Below, piece after piece: positions 40,802 through 50,915 of a stretch of 61,547 bases of DNA; within the stretch, counting starts at the first letter, position 1; each line of letters begins with the position of its first letter. The stretch comes from an uncultured Clostridia bacterium (GTDB taxonomy: Bacteria; Bacillota; Clostridia; TANB77; CAG-465). The stretch covers positions 1-61,547 of the forward strand of contig CANQVI010000004.1 of the NCBI GenBank assembly GCA_947627255.1, read 5' to 3'. Under the pieces are notes generated by a model that was not told the DNA's origin, made no database searches, and worked only from the letters and a program-made list of their open reading frames with translations. Made by a program: the position numbers and the translations under genes.

Positions 40802-40858
40802 TTAGTTAGATGCATTGCATCTAGCATTAGATAAATTCTTTCTTACTATAACATACAT
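40802..40858 (-). CDS. putative 18-aa micro-peptide (MYVIVRKNLSNARCNASN)
   Basis: GGAGAG RBS 7 nt before ATG; flanked by terminator-like hairpins on both sides. Confidence 0.35.
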   Translation of the reverse strand: MYVIVRKNLSNARCNASN

Positions 40859-40893
40859 TTATATACTCTCCGAATTTAAGAAGGTTTACCTTC

Positions 40894-40928
40894 AAAAAAA
40901 ATAGGATTAAATGCTTGCATTTAATCCT
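40894..40928 (-). terminator. intrinsic terminator after veg
   Basis: AGGATTAAATGC/GCATTTAATCCT stem plus T-tract. Confidence 0.8.
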
Positions 40929-40964
40929 TCTTTTTCATATATATCAACTTCTTTGATTGCCTTA

Positions 40965-41249
40965 TTATAATCTAGTATATTTTGGTGTAGAGAAATCATA
41001 TCTTGTAATAGGCTCCCCAGTTGGCAAACTTAATTCTAATGTGTTTGTTACTAAGTCTGAATAACTATATGATAGTTTGCTATCAGTTTCAGAATCTCTA
41101 AACACGAATAAATTAGTGTAAGTGCTGTCTATATATCCTTTCCTTTCTATGCATTTGTTTCTTCCTACGTTTGCTTTTACACAAATTTCTTGTCCAACAT
41201 AGTTTTCTACGTCTTGTTTAATCTTCATTAGTGAATCTTTTGAAACCAT
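40965..41249 (-). CDS. veg: Veg family protein
   Basis: KANVGRNK, G.I..TY..LFV, SYSYSDLVT; TTGACA-17-TATAAT promoter at 41315-41287. Confidence 0.88.
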   Translation of the reverse strand: MVSKDSLMKIKQDVENYVGQEICVKANVGRNKCIERKGYIDSTYTNLFVFRDSETDSKLSYSYSDLVTNTLELSLPTGEPITRYDFSTPKYTRL

Positions 41250-41418
41250 ATATACCACCTCTTATATTGTACTTTCTACAAGGCGAATTATATCATTTTT
41301 TGTAAAAAGTGTCAAAGCATAAAATGGGTGTATAAAAGCAAAATATGTAAAATAAAGTAGTGATTTTATTTATCACTACTTTATTTATTTTTTAACATTT
41401 GCTTATGTAACATTTCTG

Positions 41419-42660
41419 TTACATTTGACTATTTATATATTTTATAGCCTCTTGTAATTGTAAATCTTGATCTCTTTCAATATATGAATTGTTTTTTATT
41501 TCATCTGGTAATTCAACTACTATATTAGGCTCAATACCATTATCTTGTATTACTACACCACTTGGAGTAAAATATTGTGCAGCAACTATTGATATAGCAC
41601 CATGATTTGCTATAGGCTCTACATATTGTACAACACCTTTTCCAAATGTTTTTGTACCAATTACAATACCCTTTTTAGAATCTTTTATTGCACTAGCAAA
41701 TATTTCTGATGAACTAGCACTATTTTGATTTACTATAACAGCTAAAGGAATATCTATTTGTTCAGTATCATCTGTTCTAAATACACGTGCATTTCCATCT
41801 TTGTCTACTAGTTTTAAAACATCTAATTTTGGAAGAAGTAAATTTAGTATATTTAATGTATCTGCTACATATCCTCCAGAATTATTTCTTAAATCTACTA
41901 TTATTCCTTTTACATTTTTCTCTCTTAATTTAGTGTATTCTTCTTTAAATTGATTATATATTCCATTATCGAAAGAGAATATTCTAATATATCCTATATC
42001 ATCAATAACTTCTGAAGCTACATTATTTTCTACTATACTTGCTCTTTTTACTTCTAATTCAAAAGTTTCCCCATTTCTTAGTATAGTTAATTTTACTGTT
42101 GTATCTGGTTCTCCTTTAATTTTATCTACTGCTTCAAGATATGTATCTGTTGTTACATATAACTCATCAACTGTTAGTATTACATCTCCGGCTTTTACTC
42201 CTGCTTGTTCTGCTGGTGAATTTGGCATTGTTCCTAAGACTTTAATTGCTTTATTTGTAATGTCATAAGTTAAGTGAACACCTATTCCAACATAATTATC
42301 ATTTGATCCACCATTTGAGCTTTCTTGATACTCGTCTTCAAACTCATAATACGTATAAATATTATCTAGTGAATTTACCATTCCATCTATTGCACCATCA
42401 ACCAATTTTTCTTTATCATACTCATATAGAAAATCATTATCTATAATTTTTGCAGCTGTTTCTAATCTATCTATTTGTTCTTGTGTAAAAAAGTTGCTTG
42501 TTAGAGTAGTTGCAAAATATGGTTTTGCAACTATATATAAACAGAATAAAATAATAGCACTTAAAACTATTGCTATTGTTAAAGTAATGGCATTACTAAT
42601 TATTTTAGTTTTATTAATTTTATTTCCTTCATTTTCATAATTATAATTATTTTCTTCCAA
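41419..42660 (-). CDS. S41 family C-terminal processing protease (CtpA/CtpB-like) with PDZ domain
   Basis: GIG, SPAEQAG, DLRNNSGG, SASSSEI, TFGKGVVQ, GIEP. Confidence 0.93.
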   Translation of the reverse strand: MEENNYNYENEGNKINKTKIISNAITLTIAIVLSAIILFCLYIVAKPYFATTLTSNFFTQEQIDRLETAAKIIDNDFLYEYDKEKLVDGAIDGMVNSLDNIYTYYEFEDEYQESSNGGSNDNYVGIGVHLTYDITNKAIKVLGTMPNSPAEQAGVKAGDVILTVDELYVTTDTYLEAVDKIKGEPDTTVKLTILRNGETFELEVKRASIVENNVASEVIDDIGYIRIFSFDNGIYNQFKEEYTKLREKNVKGIIVDLRNNSGGYVADTLNILNLLLPKLDVLKLVDKDGNARVFRTDDTEQIDIPLAVIVNQNSASSSEIFASAIKDSKKGIVIGTKTFGKGVVQYVEPIANHGAISIVAAQYFTPSGVVIQDNGIEPNIVVELPDEIKNNSYIERDQDLQLQEAIKYINSQM

Positions 42661-42916
42661 TTTTTATATCTCCTTTGTTTAACTATGTATTATTATATAT
42701 TAATAAAAAAATATAGTCAACTCTACTTTTTTTATTATGCACTTATTCTCAATAATATGTTTTACTTTGCCATTTTTCTTTTTACATAATTTTCTTCTTA
42801 TTCCTTGACTTATATATTATTTTATTGTATAATTTAATAGTAAATTTAGAAATACTTAGTAATAGACTATATAATATATATAAAAGTATTTCCCAAACTG
42901 GAGGGAGGGAAAGTAA

Positions 42917-43090
42917 ATGCCAGGTATAAAGATTAAGGATAACGAAAGCTTAGATAATGCTTTAGCTAGATTTAAAAAACAATGTGCAAAATATGGAGTT
43001 CTTGCTGAAATTCGTAAAAGAGAACATTATGAAAAACCTAGCGTAAAAAGAAAAAAGAAATCAGAAGCTGCTAGGAAAAGAAAGCACTAA
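42917..43090 (+). CDS. rpsU: 30S ribosomal protein S21 (not in ORF track, 57 aa)
   Basis: [21 protein letters not shown]...[25 protein letters not shown]; GGAGG RBS; TTGACT-17-TATAAT at 42805-42833. Confidence 0.97.
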   Translation: MPGIKIKDNESLDNALARFKKQCAKYGVLAEIRKREHYEKPSVKRKKKSEAARKRKH

Positions 43091-43140
43091 TTTTAAAATT
43101 TTGTAAATTTTATAAAATGTAAAAATTTTATTAGTAATAT

Positions 43141-43173
43141 AAAAAATACATCTATCTCTAGATGTATTTTTTT
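43141..43173. terminator. bidirectional terminator
   Basis: AAAAAATACATCTA/TAGATGTATTTTTT. Confidence 0.8.
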
Positions 43174-43855
43174 ATATTCTTTTTATTTCTTCTTCCGTTA
43201 AGTATCTGTATTTTCCTGTTTGTAAATTTCCAAGTTCAATAGTTCCTACTTTAATTCTTTTTAAATTTAGTAAATTAATTCCTACACTCTCACACATTCT
43301 TCTTACTTGTCTATTTTTTCCTTCTGATATTATAATTTCTAATCTATTTTTATCTTTAATATTAACTTTAGCAGGTCTTGTAATATAGTCACCTATATCA
43401 ACTCCACTTTTTAGTTTTTCAATTTGCTCATCAGTAATATTAGTATCTGTTGTGACTAAATATGTTTTTTCTATCTTATTTTTAGGATGCATCATTCTAT
43501 TTGAAAAATCGCCATCGTTAGTTAATATTAATAGTCCTTCTGTATACATATCTAGTCTTCCCACTGGATATACTCTTACATCTTCATTTATTAAATCTAA
43601 TACATTTTTTCTATCAAATTGATCTTTGTTAGTAGTAACATATCCCTTAGGCTTATTTAATGCTATATATACTTTTTTATCCTCTTTAGTTATGACTTTA
43701 TTATCTAGTTTTACTACATCATTTGGTGCTACAAGTCGTGCTAAATCTTGAACGACTATATCATTTATTTTTATTCTTCCTTTTACAATGTAATCTTCTG
43801 CTTTTCTTCTTGAACATATTCCACAAGAAGCAATATATTTATTTAATCTTTCCAT
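43172..43855 (-). CDS. rluB: RsuA/RluB-family pseudouridine synthase
   Basis: S4 domain (SRRKAE), NKPKG, GRLD, EGKNRQVRRM. Confidence 0.85.
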   Translation of the reverse strand: MERLNKYIASCGICSRRKAEDYIVKGRIKINDIVVQDLARLVAPNDVVKLDNKVITKEDKKVYIALNKPKGYVTTNKDQFDRKNVLDLINEDVRVYPVGRLDMYTEGLLILTNDGDFSNRMMHPKNKIEKTYLVTTDTNITDEQIEKLKSGVDIGDYITRPAKVNIKDKNRLEIIISEGKNRQVRRMCESVGINLLNLKRIKVGTIELGNLQTGKYRYLTEEEIKRI

Positions 43856-43929
43856 ATCTTTCACCTTTTCTTTTAATATACATATTATATATTATCATAA
43901 GCTTATGTTAATATAGATTTAAAGCTGCA

Positions 43930-44865
43930 TTAATTTGCAGCTTCTTCTTTTTTCTCAAGACTATTTAAGATTTTTACAAAGTAATCTGGTAGTTCTGAAT
44001 CAAACTCCACATATTTTTGAGTTGTAGGATGAAGAAATCCTAAATATTTTGCATGTAACATTTGACCTTCTACTTTAAACTTAGTATCTTTTTTACCATA
44101 TACTTCATCTCCTACTAAAGGATGATGTAAATATGCCATATGAACTCTAATTTGGTGTGTTCTTCCAGTTTCAAGTTCTGCCTCAACTAAAGTTACATTT
44201 GAAGAATAAAAGCGCTTTAAAACGGAAATATGAGTGATTGCGTTTCTAGAATTCTTATCTGTAACTGCCATTTTCTTTCTATCTTTTGTACTTCTTCCTA
44301 TAGGCATATTTATTGTTAATGTATCCTCTTTAATTATTCCCTTTACAAGTGCTACATATTTTCTTTTTATGCTATGAACTTTAAACTGTTCAGATAATTT
44401 TTTATGTGCATTATCATTTTTAGCTACTACTAAAATTCCACTTGTGTCTTTATCTATTCTGTGTACAATACCTGGTCTTATAACCCCATTAATTGATGAT
44501 AGGTTATCTTTATGTGTTCCCATAAGAGAATTTACCATAGTGCCAGTATAATTTCCATTTGCAGGATGAACTACCATACCTTTAGGTTTATTTACTATAA
44601 TAATATCTTCATCTTCATAAACTATATCTAGTGGTATTTTTTCAGGTAATACATCTTCACACACTTTTTTTATAATTGTAACTTCTATATTATCATTTTC
44701 CTTTAGTTTATATCCAGCTTTTACACTTTTTCCATTTACTAAAATGTTAGAATTTTCTATAAGTGTTTTTATATAGCTTCTTGTTATATTTTCTTCCTTT
44801 AATATATCACTTAAATATATATCTAATCTTTTAGATTCATTTTCTTTATTTACAATATATGTCAT
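43930..44865 (-). CDS. rluD: RluA/RluD-family pseudouridine synthase
   Basis: S4 domain, NKPKGMVVHP, HRIDKDTSG, TGRTHQIRVH. Confidence 0.9.
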   Translation of the reverse strand: MTYIVNKENESKRLDIYLSDILKEENITRSYIKTLIENSNILVNGKSVKAGYKLKENDNIEVTIIKKVCEDVLPEKIPLDIVYEDEDIIIVNKPKGMVVHPANGNYTGTMVNSLMGTHKDNLSSINGVIRPGIVHRIDKDTSGILVVAKNDNAHKKLSEQFKVHSIKRKYVALVKGIIKEDTLTINMPIGRSTKDRKKMAVTDKNSRNAITHISVLKRFYSSNVTLVEAELETGRTHQIRVHMAYLHHPLVGDEVYGKKDTKFKVEGQMLHAKYLGFLHPTTQKYVEFDSELPDYFVKILNSLEKKEEAAN

Positions 44866-44873
44866 TTTATCTC

Positions 44874-45743
44874 CTATTTACTAAATAACTTTTCCACTTC
44901 TTCAACATTAAATCTGTACTTTTTATTACAAAAATTGCAAGATAATTCTAATATTCCATTTTCTTTTGCTATTTTTAAAGCTTCTTCTTTTCCAAGTGCA
45001 ATTATTGTATTTTCAATTCTTTTTAATGAGCAATCACACTTAATAGCAGTGCTATTCTCATATACAGTTTCTATTTTCTTATCTCCAGTAGCATTTTGAA
45101 GTATATCGTCTATATTTCTTCCCTTTTTCATAAGCTCTGTCATTGACGGTAACTTCATATTAATACTTTCCAATTTATCTATTATGCTATCTTCACAATC
45201 TGGTAAAGGTTGAATTATATATCCACCTGCTTTTTCTACTTTTCCATCTTTTCCAATCAATACTCCTACAGAAACAACTGATGGTGTTTGCTCAGATACA
45301 TTGAAGTAATATGCAAAGTCATCTCCAATTTCTCCACTTAAAAGTTCACATGTACCTATATATGGTTCTTTTAGTCCAATATCTTTTATTACTGTTAAAT
45401 TTCCTAGTCCTATTCCTTTTGAAACGTCAAGTTTTCCCTCACTATTTAATGGTAACTCTACTTCAGGACTATCTATATAACCTTTTAGTTCTAATTTAGC
45501 ATTTGCACATACAACTATATTACCTAATGGTCCATCACCTTTTACTTGTACTGTTAATCTATCTTCTTGATTTTTCAAAGTTGATGCTATCATAGCAGAA
45601 ACTATCATAACTCGTCCAAGTGCTGCTGTAGCTAAATTAGATAAATTGTGTGTATCTCTTATTTCTTGTACTATTTCAGTAGCATCTATTCCCATAGCTC
45701 TTACACTTTTATCATATGCTAAATATTTTTTAATATTATTCAT
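44874..45743 (-). CDS. hslO: Hsp33 redox-regulated chaperone
   Basis: AALGR, GDGP, SEQTPS, CDCS...CNFC zinc site. Confidence 0.95.
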   Translation of the reverse strand: MNNIKKYLAYDKSVRAMGIDATEIVQEIRDTHNLSNLATAALGRVMIVSAMIASTLKNQEDRLTVQVKGDGPLGNIVVCANAKLELKGYIDSPEVELPLNSEGKLDVSKGIGLGNLTVIKDIGLKEPYIGTCELLSGEIGDDFAYYFNVSEQTPSVVSVGVLIGKDGKVEKAGGYIIQPLPDCEDSIIDKLESINMKLPSMTELMKKGRNIDDILQNATGDKKIETVYENSTAIKCDCSLKRIENTIIALGKEEALKIAKENGILELSCNFCNKKYRFNVEEVEKLFSK

Positions 45744-45844
45744 TTTCTACTCCTTATTTGCTGTATATATTTTACCAAAATTATGTTATTTTTTCAATAT
45801 TATATATATGATAAAAAGGTAAAGTAAAAAATTACCTCTAATTT

Positions 45845-46303
45845 TTACTCTACCTTTTTAGAATTTGATTTTCTTTTCTTTATAGTTTTTGTTAATGTTA
45901 TAATTGTCCCTTCATTTATTTTAGAATCTATTATTACTTCATCCATAAATGATTCCATAATTGTAAAGCCCATACCAGCATGTTCATTTTCTGGCTTTGA
46001 TGTATAAGCAGGTGTTGTAGCAAGTGCTATGTCTTCTATTCCTTTTCCATAATCTATGACTTTTATTATTATTTTTTCTTCATCCCTTATCCAGGCCTCT
46101 ACTGTTACTATACTCTCTGTATCTTCTTGACCATAACCATGATCTATTGCATTACTTACCGCTTCAGATAAAGCAGTTTTAATATCCATCAGTTCATCAA
46201 AATGAATATTTATAGTAGATAAAAAAGATGTTATTCCTACACGTATACTAGCTATATTTTCACTTCTAGATTTTGACTCTATTTTTATATAGTTCTCATT
46301 CAT
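45845..46303 (-). CDS. spoIIAB: anti-sigma F factor SpoIIAB
   Basis: IKTALSEAVSNAIDHGY, D.GKGIEDI..A..P.YTSKP, GMGFTIMESFMD. Confidence 0.92.
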   Translation of the reverse strand: MNENYIKIESKSRSENIASIRVGITSFLSTINIHFDELMDIKTALSEAVSNAIDHGYGQEDTESIVTVEAWIRDEEKIIIKVIDYGKGIEDIALATTPAYTSKPENEHAGMGFTIMESFMDEVIIDSKINEGTIITLTKTIKKRKSNSKKVE

Positions 46304-46598
46304 ATTGCACACACTCCAAATTTATATTAGAAAGTTCTATCATTCTCTTTATATTTTTACTAGCATTTATAACTTTCATTTTAGAATCTAATAATCTAAT
46401 TAAATTATATCTTCCAAGTATTAAGCCTATGCCACTACTATCCATAAATTTTACATCAGATAAATCTAAAACTAATTCATACGGTTGAAATTTCATTATA
46501 TATCCATCTATTACTCCTCTTATTATTTTGCAAGAATTCATATCTAGTTCTTCTTCTAAGTATATAGTAAGTTTTCCATTTAGATAGTTATATTTCAA
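46296..46598 (-). CDS. spoIIAA: anti-anti-sigma F factor SpoIIAA
   Basis: STAS fold, FMDSSGIGLILGRY; overlaps the spoIIAB start. Confidence 0.92.
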   Translation of the reverse strand: MKYNYLNGKLTIYLEEELDMNSCKIIRGVIDGYIMKFQPYELVLDLSDVKFMDSSGIGLILGRYNLIRLLDSKMKVINASKNIKRMIELSNINLECVQYE

Positions 46599-46689
46599 TT
46601 AAACTCACCTCTTTTTTTAGTATTATACCAAAAGAAATGTAAGAAAAATGTTATAATTTGCTAAAAAGAAAAAATCCCTAGAATTTAAT

Positions 46690-47463
46690 CTAAGGATTTT
46701 TTACGAGTCTTGCTTGTACTACAAATCTTCCATCTCTAATAGAATAATCGCAAGTAGATAAAGTTAGTATACTATCTGCTGCTGTTACTTCAACTTCTGT
46801 TGAATATCTACTCTTTCCAGCTACACTTTTAATAAAGTCACCATATTCAGACATAGAATCAAAAACTGTATCTATATAATAAAACTTAGTATCTGTTGTA
46901 TATACACTAAAGATTTCATATGTATATGTTCCCTCTGTCGTAGCAAGTTCTATATATTTATGTTTGTCAAAAAACTCTTGTCTTTTATAGTTTAAAAGTG
47001 GTGTAAATCTATTATCTGTTTCTGTATTGTGTCCATATATTATTAAATTAGTCATATTGCTAGCTAATTGCTTTATGTCGCATCTATAGTCTAGATATGT
47101 TTCTCCCCAATTTTGAGTTATTCCATCTCTATCTTCTCTATAATATCTTGTATTATCTGTTCCTTGAAATACAGGATAATCTATTGATGTACCTGGTACT
47201 TTAATCCAAGCAACAGCATCTTTATATGTTACATTTATTTTAGAAATTTCTTCTGCTAAATTTCTTCCTTCTTCTTTAGATGTTTTTACTTCTGCATCTT
47301 CATTTCCTATAAATATATCCCAACCTAATTCTTCACCAGGTTTTTCAAGTTTGCTATCTGTAATCATATTATTTATAATTAATGCACCGACACCAATTAT
47401 AGCCATTAATATTATTATTACAACTAAAATTATAAATCCAATATTATTTTTCTTTTTTGCCAT
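46690..47463 (-). CDS. srtB: class B sortase
   Basis: N-terminal TM, WIKVPGT.IDYPV.Q..DN..Y, IYGHN, LTLSTC, GR. Confidence 0.9.
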   Translation of the reverse strand: MAKKKNNIGFIILVVIIILMAIIGVGALIINNMITDSKLEKPGEELGWDIFIGNEDAEVKTSKEEGRNLAEEISKINVTYKDAVAWIKVPGTSIDYPVFQGTDNTRYYREDRDGITQNWGETYLDYRCDIKQLASNMTNLIIYGHNTETDNRFTPLLNYKRQEFFDKHKYIELATTEGTYTYEIFSVYTTDTKFYYIDTVFDSMSEYGDFIKSVAGKSRYSTEVEVTAADSILTLSTCDYSIRDGRFVVQARLVKNP

Positions 47464-47567
47464 ATTAGCCTCCAACAAATTAAGTAAATTATACCATATA
47501 ATATTTGTTAGTTCAACAAAGTAAAATAAAAAATTCTACTCTTTAAGAATAGAATTTTTTACTAATA

Positions 47568-48440
47568 TTATAAATTAACATTATTATCATTATCTTTATT
47601 TGTTAAGTTAGCCATTTGAGTATACATCATTGTAGATGCAACATCAGTATGTCCTAACAATTCTTGGACTGTTTTTATTTCAGCGCCATCTTCTAACATA
47701 TGTACTGCAAATGAGTGTCTTATAGTATGTGGAGTTATATCCTTGTCTATTTTAGCTTGATCTTTATATTGTTTTAATATTTTCCAGTAACCTTGTCTTG
47801 TCATTTTTTGTCCATTTGTATTTATAAATAAAGTTTTTTCTTCTTCTGTTCTAATTAATAGTGGTCTTACTTTACTCATATATTCTTTTAAACATTTTAA
47901 AGATAAGTTTCCTAAAGGTATATGTCTTTCTGTATTTTTCTTCTTAACTTTAATATATCCATTTGTTAAGTTAACATCTTCAACTCTTAATGATATAAGC
48001 TCTGTTACTCTTATTCCAGTAGCATATAATATCTCTAACATAGTCTTATCTCTTTGACCTTTTAGTTCAGAAAGATTTGGTTGCTCTAAAAGTTTTTCAA
48101 TTTCTGCTTTTGTAAGTATTAATGGTTCTTTTCTATCAACTTTAGGAGCTTCTACATTTTCTGCTATGTTAGTCTCTGCCAATTTTTTATTTACTAAATA
48201 TCTGTAAAATGCCTTAATTGAAGCTGTACTTCTTGATATAGTAGAATTAGATTTTCCTTCTGCCATTAAATGATTAATATACTCTTGCATGTCCTCTCTA
48301 GTTAAATCAAATATTTTTTTGCCTTGAGCTTCAAAATAATTGCTAAATTGAACAATATCTCTCTCATAAGATGCTAGTGTGTTTTGTGACGCTTGTCTTG
48401 CTTTTAAGCTGTCGATAAATTCATCAATTATTATTTTCAT
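47568..48440 (-). CDS. xerD: tyrosine recombinase XerD/RipX
   Basis: YATGIRVTEL, TRQGYWK, TPHTIRHSFA, QELLGH, T..YT; adjacent to spoIIM as in many Firmicutes. Confidence 0.88.
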   Translation of the reverse strand: MKIIIDEFIDSLKARQASQNTLASYERDIVQFSNYFEAQGKKIFDLTREDMQEYINHLMAEGKSNSTISRSTASIKAFYRYLVNKKLAETNIAENVEAPKVDRKEPLILTKAEIEKLLEQPNLSELKGQRDKTMLEILYATGIRVTELISLRVEDVNLTNGYIKVKKKNTERHIPLGNLSLKCLKEYMSKVRPLLIRTEEEKTLFINTNGQKMTRQGYWKILKQYKDQAKIDKDITPHTIRHSFAVHMLEDGAEIKTVQELLGHTDVASTMMYTQMANLTNKDNDNNVNL

Positions 48441-48547
48441 TTTTCAGTCCTCCATTCGTAATCACTTGTTATTTTACACTATTTCTGTGTATTTTGCAAT
48501 AGTTTTGGCAAAAATTATGTAATGTTTCTATGTTTAGTAGCTTTTAA

Positions 48548-49144
48548 TTACATCTTGCTATAAATATTTATTACAATATTGCTCATAATTTGCTCTACTA
48601 CCAATGAAAATGATATTAATGAAAAGGATATTATCATCCAATATAACTGCTTTATTATAAATTTAAAATCTACCTTTTCACTTGAATTTATCTTTAAAAA
48701 AATGTTAATTATATTTGTGCATATAAAAATATAACCTAAAAGACTAAAAATTAAAGGAATAAAAACACTACAAAATATAACGATTATCCCTTTTATTATT
48801 CCAAAGATGGAAAATAATGTACAGATATATATTCCAGTTATAATTGCTTTTAATGTAAGTATAATAGCTATAATTATTGGTGCAATCAATGTTATTATGC
48901 ATGAGTATAATATCAATATTAAAATCATATTATTTTTTAATCCATTAATTATTACGTTTATGCTTTCAAAATTATCTAATTTAATGCCATCTAATATTTG
49001 TTTTACTGTATCGATGTATTCAGTTTTTATATCTGTAAAGATAAAAATTGCTATACCAATACTTAAACCTATTGTGTATATTACTAGTAATCTGGAAATT
49101 ACAGAAAAATTATCTTTTATATACTTTTGTATGCTTTTATTCAT
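48548..49144 (-). CDS. spoIIM: stage II sporulation protein M-like membrane protein
   Basis: About 5 TM, 198 aa, upstream of xerD, sigmaE-like GCATA-N16-CATAAAGT upstream. Confidence 0.65.
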   Translation of the reverse strand: MNKSIQKYIKDNFSVISRLLVIYTIGLSIGIAIFIFTDIKTEYIDTVKQILDGIKLDNFESINVIINGLKNNMILILILYSCIITLIAPIIIAIILTLKAIITGIYICTLFSIFGIIKGIIVIFCSVFIPLIFSLLGYIFICTNIINIFLKINSSEKVDFKFIIKQLYWMIISFSLISFSLVVEQIMSNIVINIYSKM

Positions 49145-49185
49145 AAATAATCACCATATAACACTTTATGCTATATGGTGATTTA

Positions 49186-49623
49186 TTATGCAAATTTCTC
49201 TCTTTCACTTACAGCAAGCCTATCACATCTATTGTTCAATTCATCATCTGCATGTCCTTTTACTTTTAAAAAGGTTACTTTATGTATTTCTAACTGTTTT
49301 AATAACCTTTCCCATAATTCTATATTTTTTACTTGCTTTTTATCTGCTTTTTTCCATCCATTCTTTTTCCATGAATATATCCAGCCTTTTTCAATAGAAT
49401 TAACTACATATGCACTATCGCTATATACCTCTACTTCACATGGTTCTTTTAACATTTCTAAGCCTTTGATTACAGCTAACATTTCCATTTTATTATTTGT
49501 AGTTTCTTTTTCTCCACCAGATATTTCTTTTTCTATATTATTATATATTAATATTGCAGCATATCCACCTGGTCCTGGATTTCCACTACAAGCACCATCT
49601 GTGTATAAAATTACTTTTTTCAT
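49186..49623 (-). CDS. rnhA: ribonuclease HI
   Basis: [39 protein letters not shown]. Confidence 0.96.
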   Translation of the reverse strand: MKKVILYTDGACSGNPGPGGYAAILIYNNIEKEISGGEKETTNNKMEMLAVIKGLEMLKEPCEVEVYSDSAYVVNSIEKGWIYSWKKNGWKKADKKQVKNIELWERLLKQLEIHKVTFLKVKGHADDELNNRCDRLAVSEREKFA

Positions 49624-49719
49624 AAGTCCCTCCATTTATTGAAATAACTATATTTTTATGCTAAACTTATATATATATTAACATACAAATATTTTATTAT
49701 CAAGAAAGAAGTGAAATAA

Positions 49720-50874
49720 ATGAAAATAGTTGCTATTATAGCAGAGTTTAATCCTTTTCATAATGGGCATAAATACATAGTAGATAAAGCTAAAGAACTA
49801 ACAAATGCAGATGTTGCAATATGTATAGTATCTGGTAATTATACTCAAGCTGGAAATATTGCCATAAAAGATAAATTTGAAAGAGCAAATATTGTAATAA
49901 AAAATGGAGTTGATGTAGTAATTGAATTACCAACAATATATGCAACTTCAAGTTCTGAGTTTTTTGCATTCGGTGCTGTTAATATACTTAATAGTTTAAA
50001 TTGTGTAGACTACTTATGCTTTGGAAGTGAAACAGGTGATATTGAAATATTAAAATCCATTTCAAAAAAACTTCTTGATAATAACGAAGCTATATGGGAT
50101 GAAATAACTAAAAATTTAAGACTTGGTATCTCATTTGCTGAGGCAAGAGAAAAATCTATAGGAAAGTTTTTAACAAGTGATGAAGTAGCAATTTCAAAAA
50201 GCTCAAACAATATTCTTGCAATAGAATATATTAAATCTTTAATTAAATTAAATAGCAACATAGTACCTATTGCTATAAAACGTGAAGAAAGTTCAAAAAT
50301 TGTAAGTGCTACAAAAATACGTGAATTACTAAAAAGCAGTTCAAATGTATCAGAGTATTTACCTAATTACACTTTGGACAATTCTTTACTTTTTAATGAT
50401 TCTCTATTTCAATTAATAAAATACAAAATAGTAACAACTTCTAAGGAATATTTATCTACGATTAATGAAATAAATGAAGGATTAGAAAATAAACTATATA
50501 GCGAATTAAATAACTCCAAAACCTATGATGAATTTGTATTAAATGTAAAGAGTAAAAGATACCAATTAAGTAAGATAAAAAGAATAATGTTAAATATTTT
50601 ACTTGATATTACAAAAGAAAAATTTATGATGTTAAATAACAACAAAAACGTATATATACATATTATTGCAATAAATCCTAATATAAAAAGTAGTATTCTT
50701 TCTTATTTTAATAAAAAATCTAAGGCTATTATACTTACTTCTATAAATGATGATTTATTAAAAAAATTAGATAGCCCAATAAAAGAATCTATATTATTAG
50801 ATATTAAAGCTACTAATATTTACTCTACACTTTTAAATGATAAAATAAATAAAGATTATACTAATAAATTATAA
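49720..50874 (+). CDS. tmcAL: tRNA(Met) cytidine acetate ligase (YlbM/TmcAL, HIGH nucleotidyltransferase)
   Basis: AEFNPFHNGH, FGSE, NNILAIEY, SATKIR, KSKRY. Confidence 0.88.
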   Translation: MKIVAIIAEFNPFHNGHKYIVDKAKELTNADVAICIVSGNYTQAGNIAIKDKFERANIVIKNGVDVVIELPTIYATSSSEFFAFGAVNILNSLNCVDYLCFGSETGDIEILKSISKKLLDNNEAIWDEITKNLRLGISFAEAREKSIGKFLTSDEVAISKSSNNILAIEYIKSLIKLNSNIVPIAIKREESSKIVSATKIRELLKSSSNVSEYLPNYTLDNSLLFNDSLFQLIKYKIVTTSKEYLSTINEINEGLENKLYSELNNSKTYDEFVLNVKSKRYQLSKIKRIMLNILLDITKEKFMMLNNNKNVYIHIIAINPNIKSSILSYFNKKSKAIILTSINDDLLKKLDSPIKESILLDIKATNIYSTLLNDKINKDYTNKL

Positions 50875-50910
50875 AAAAAGAACTTGGATTATATCCAAGT
50901 TCTTTTTTTT
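50872..50910. terminator. bidirectional terminator
   Basis: AAAAAAGAACTTGGAT/ATCCAAGTTCTTTTTT. Confidence 0.88.
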
Positions 50911-50915
50911 ATAGC

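Noticed and set aside
47568-48440. Tyrosine recombinase as a mobile-element integrase or invertase for the surface locus
   Set aside because: Sequence and spoIIM adjacency fit housekeeping XerD. No att sites, cargo genes or flanking inverted repeats were seen.
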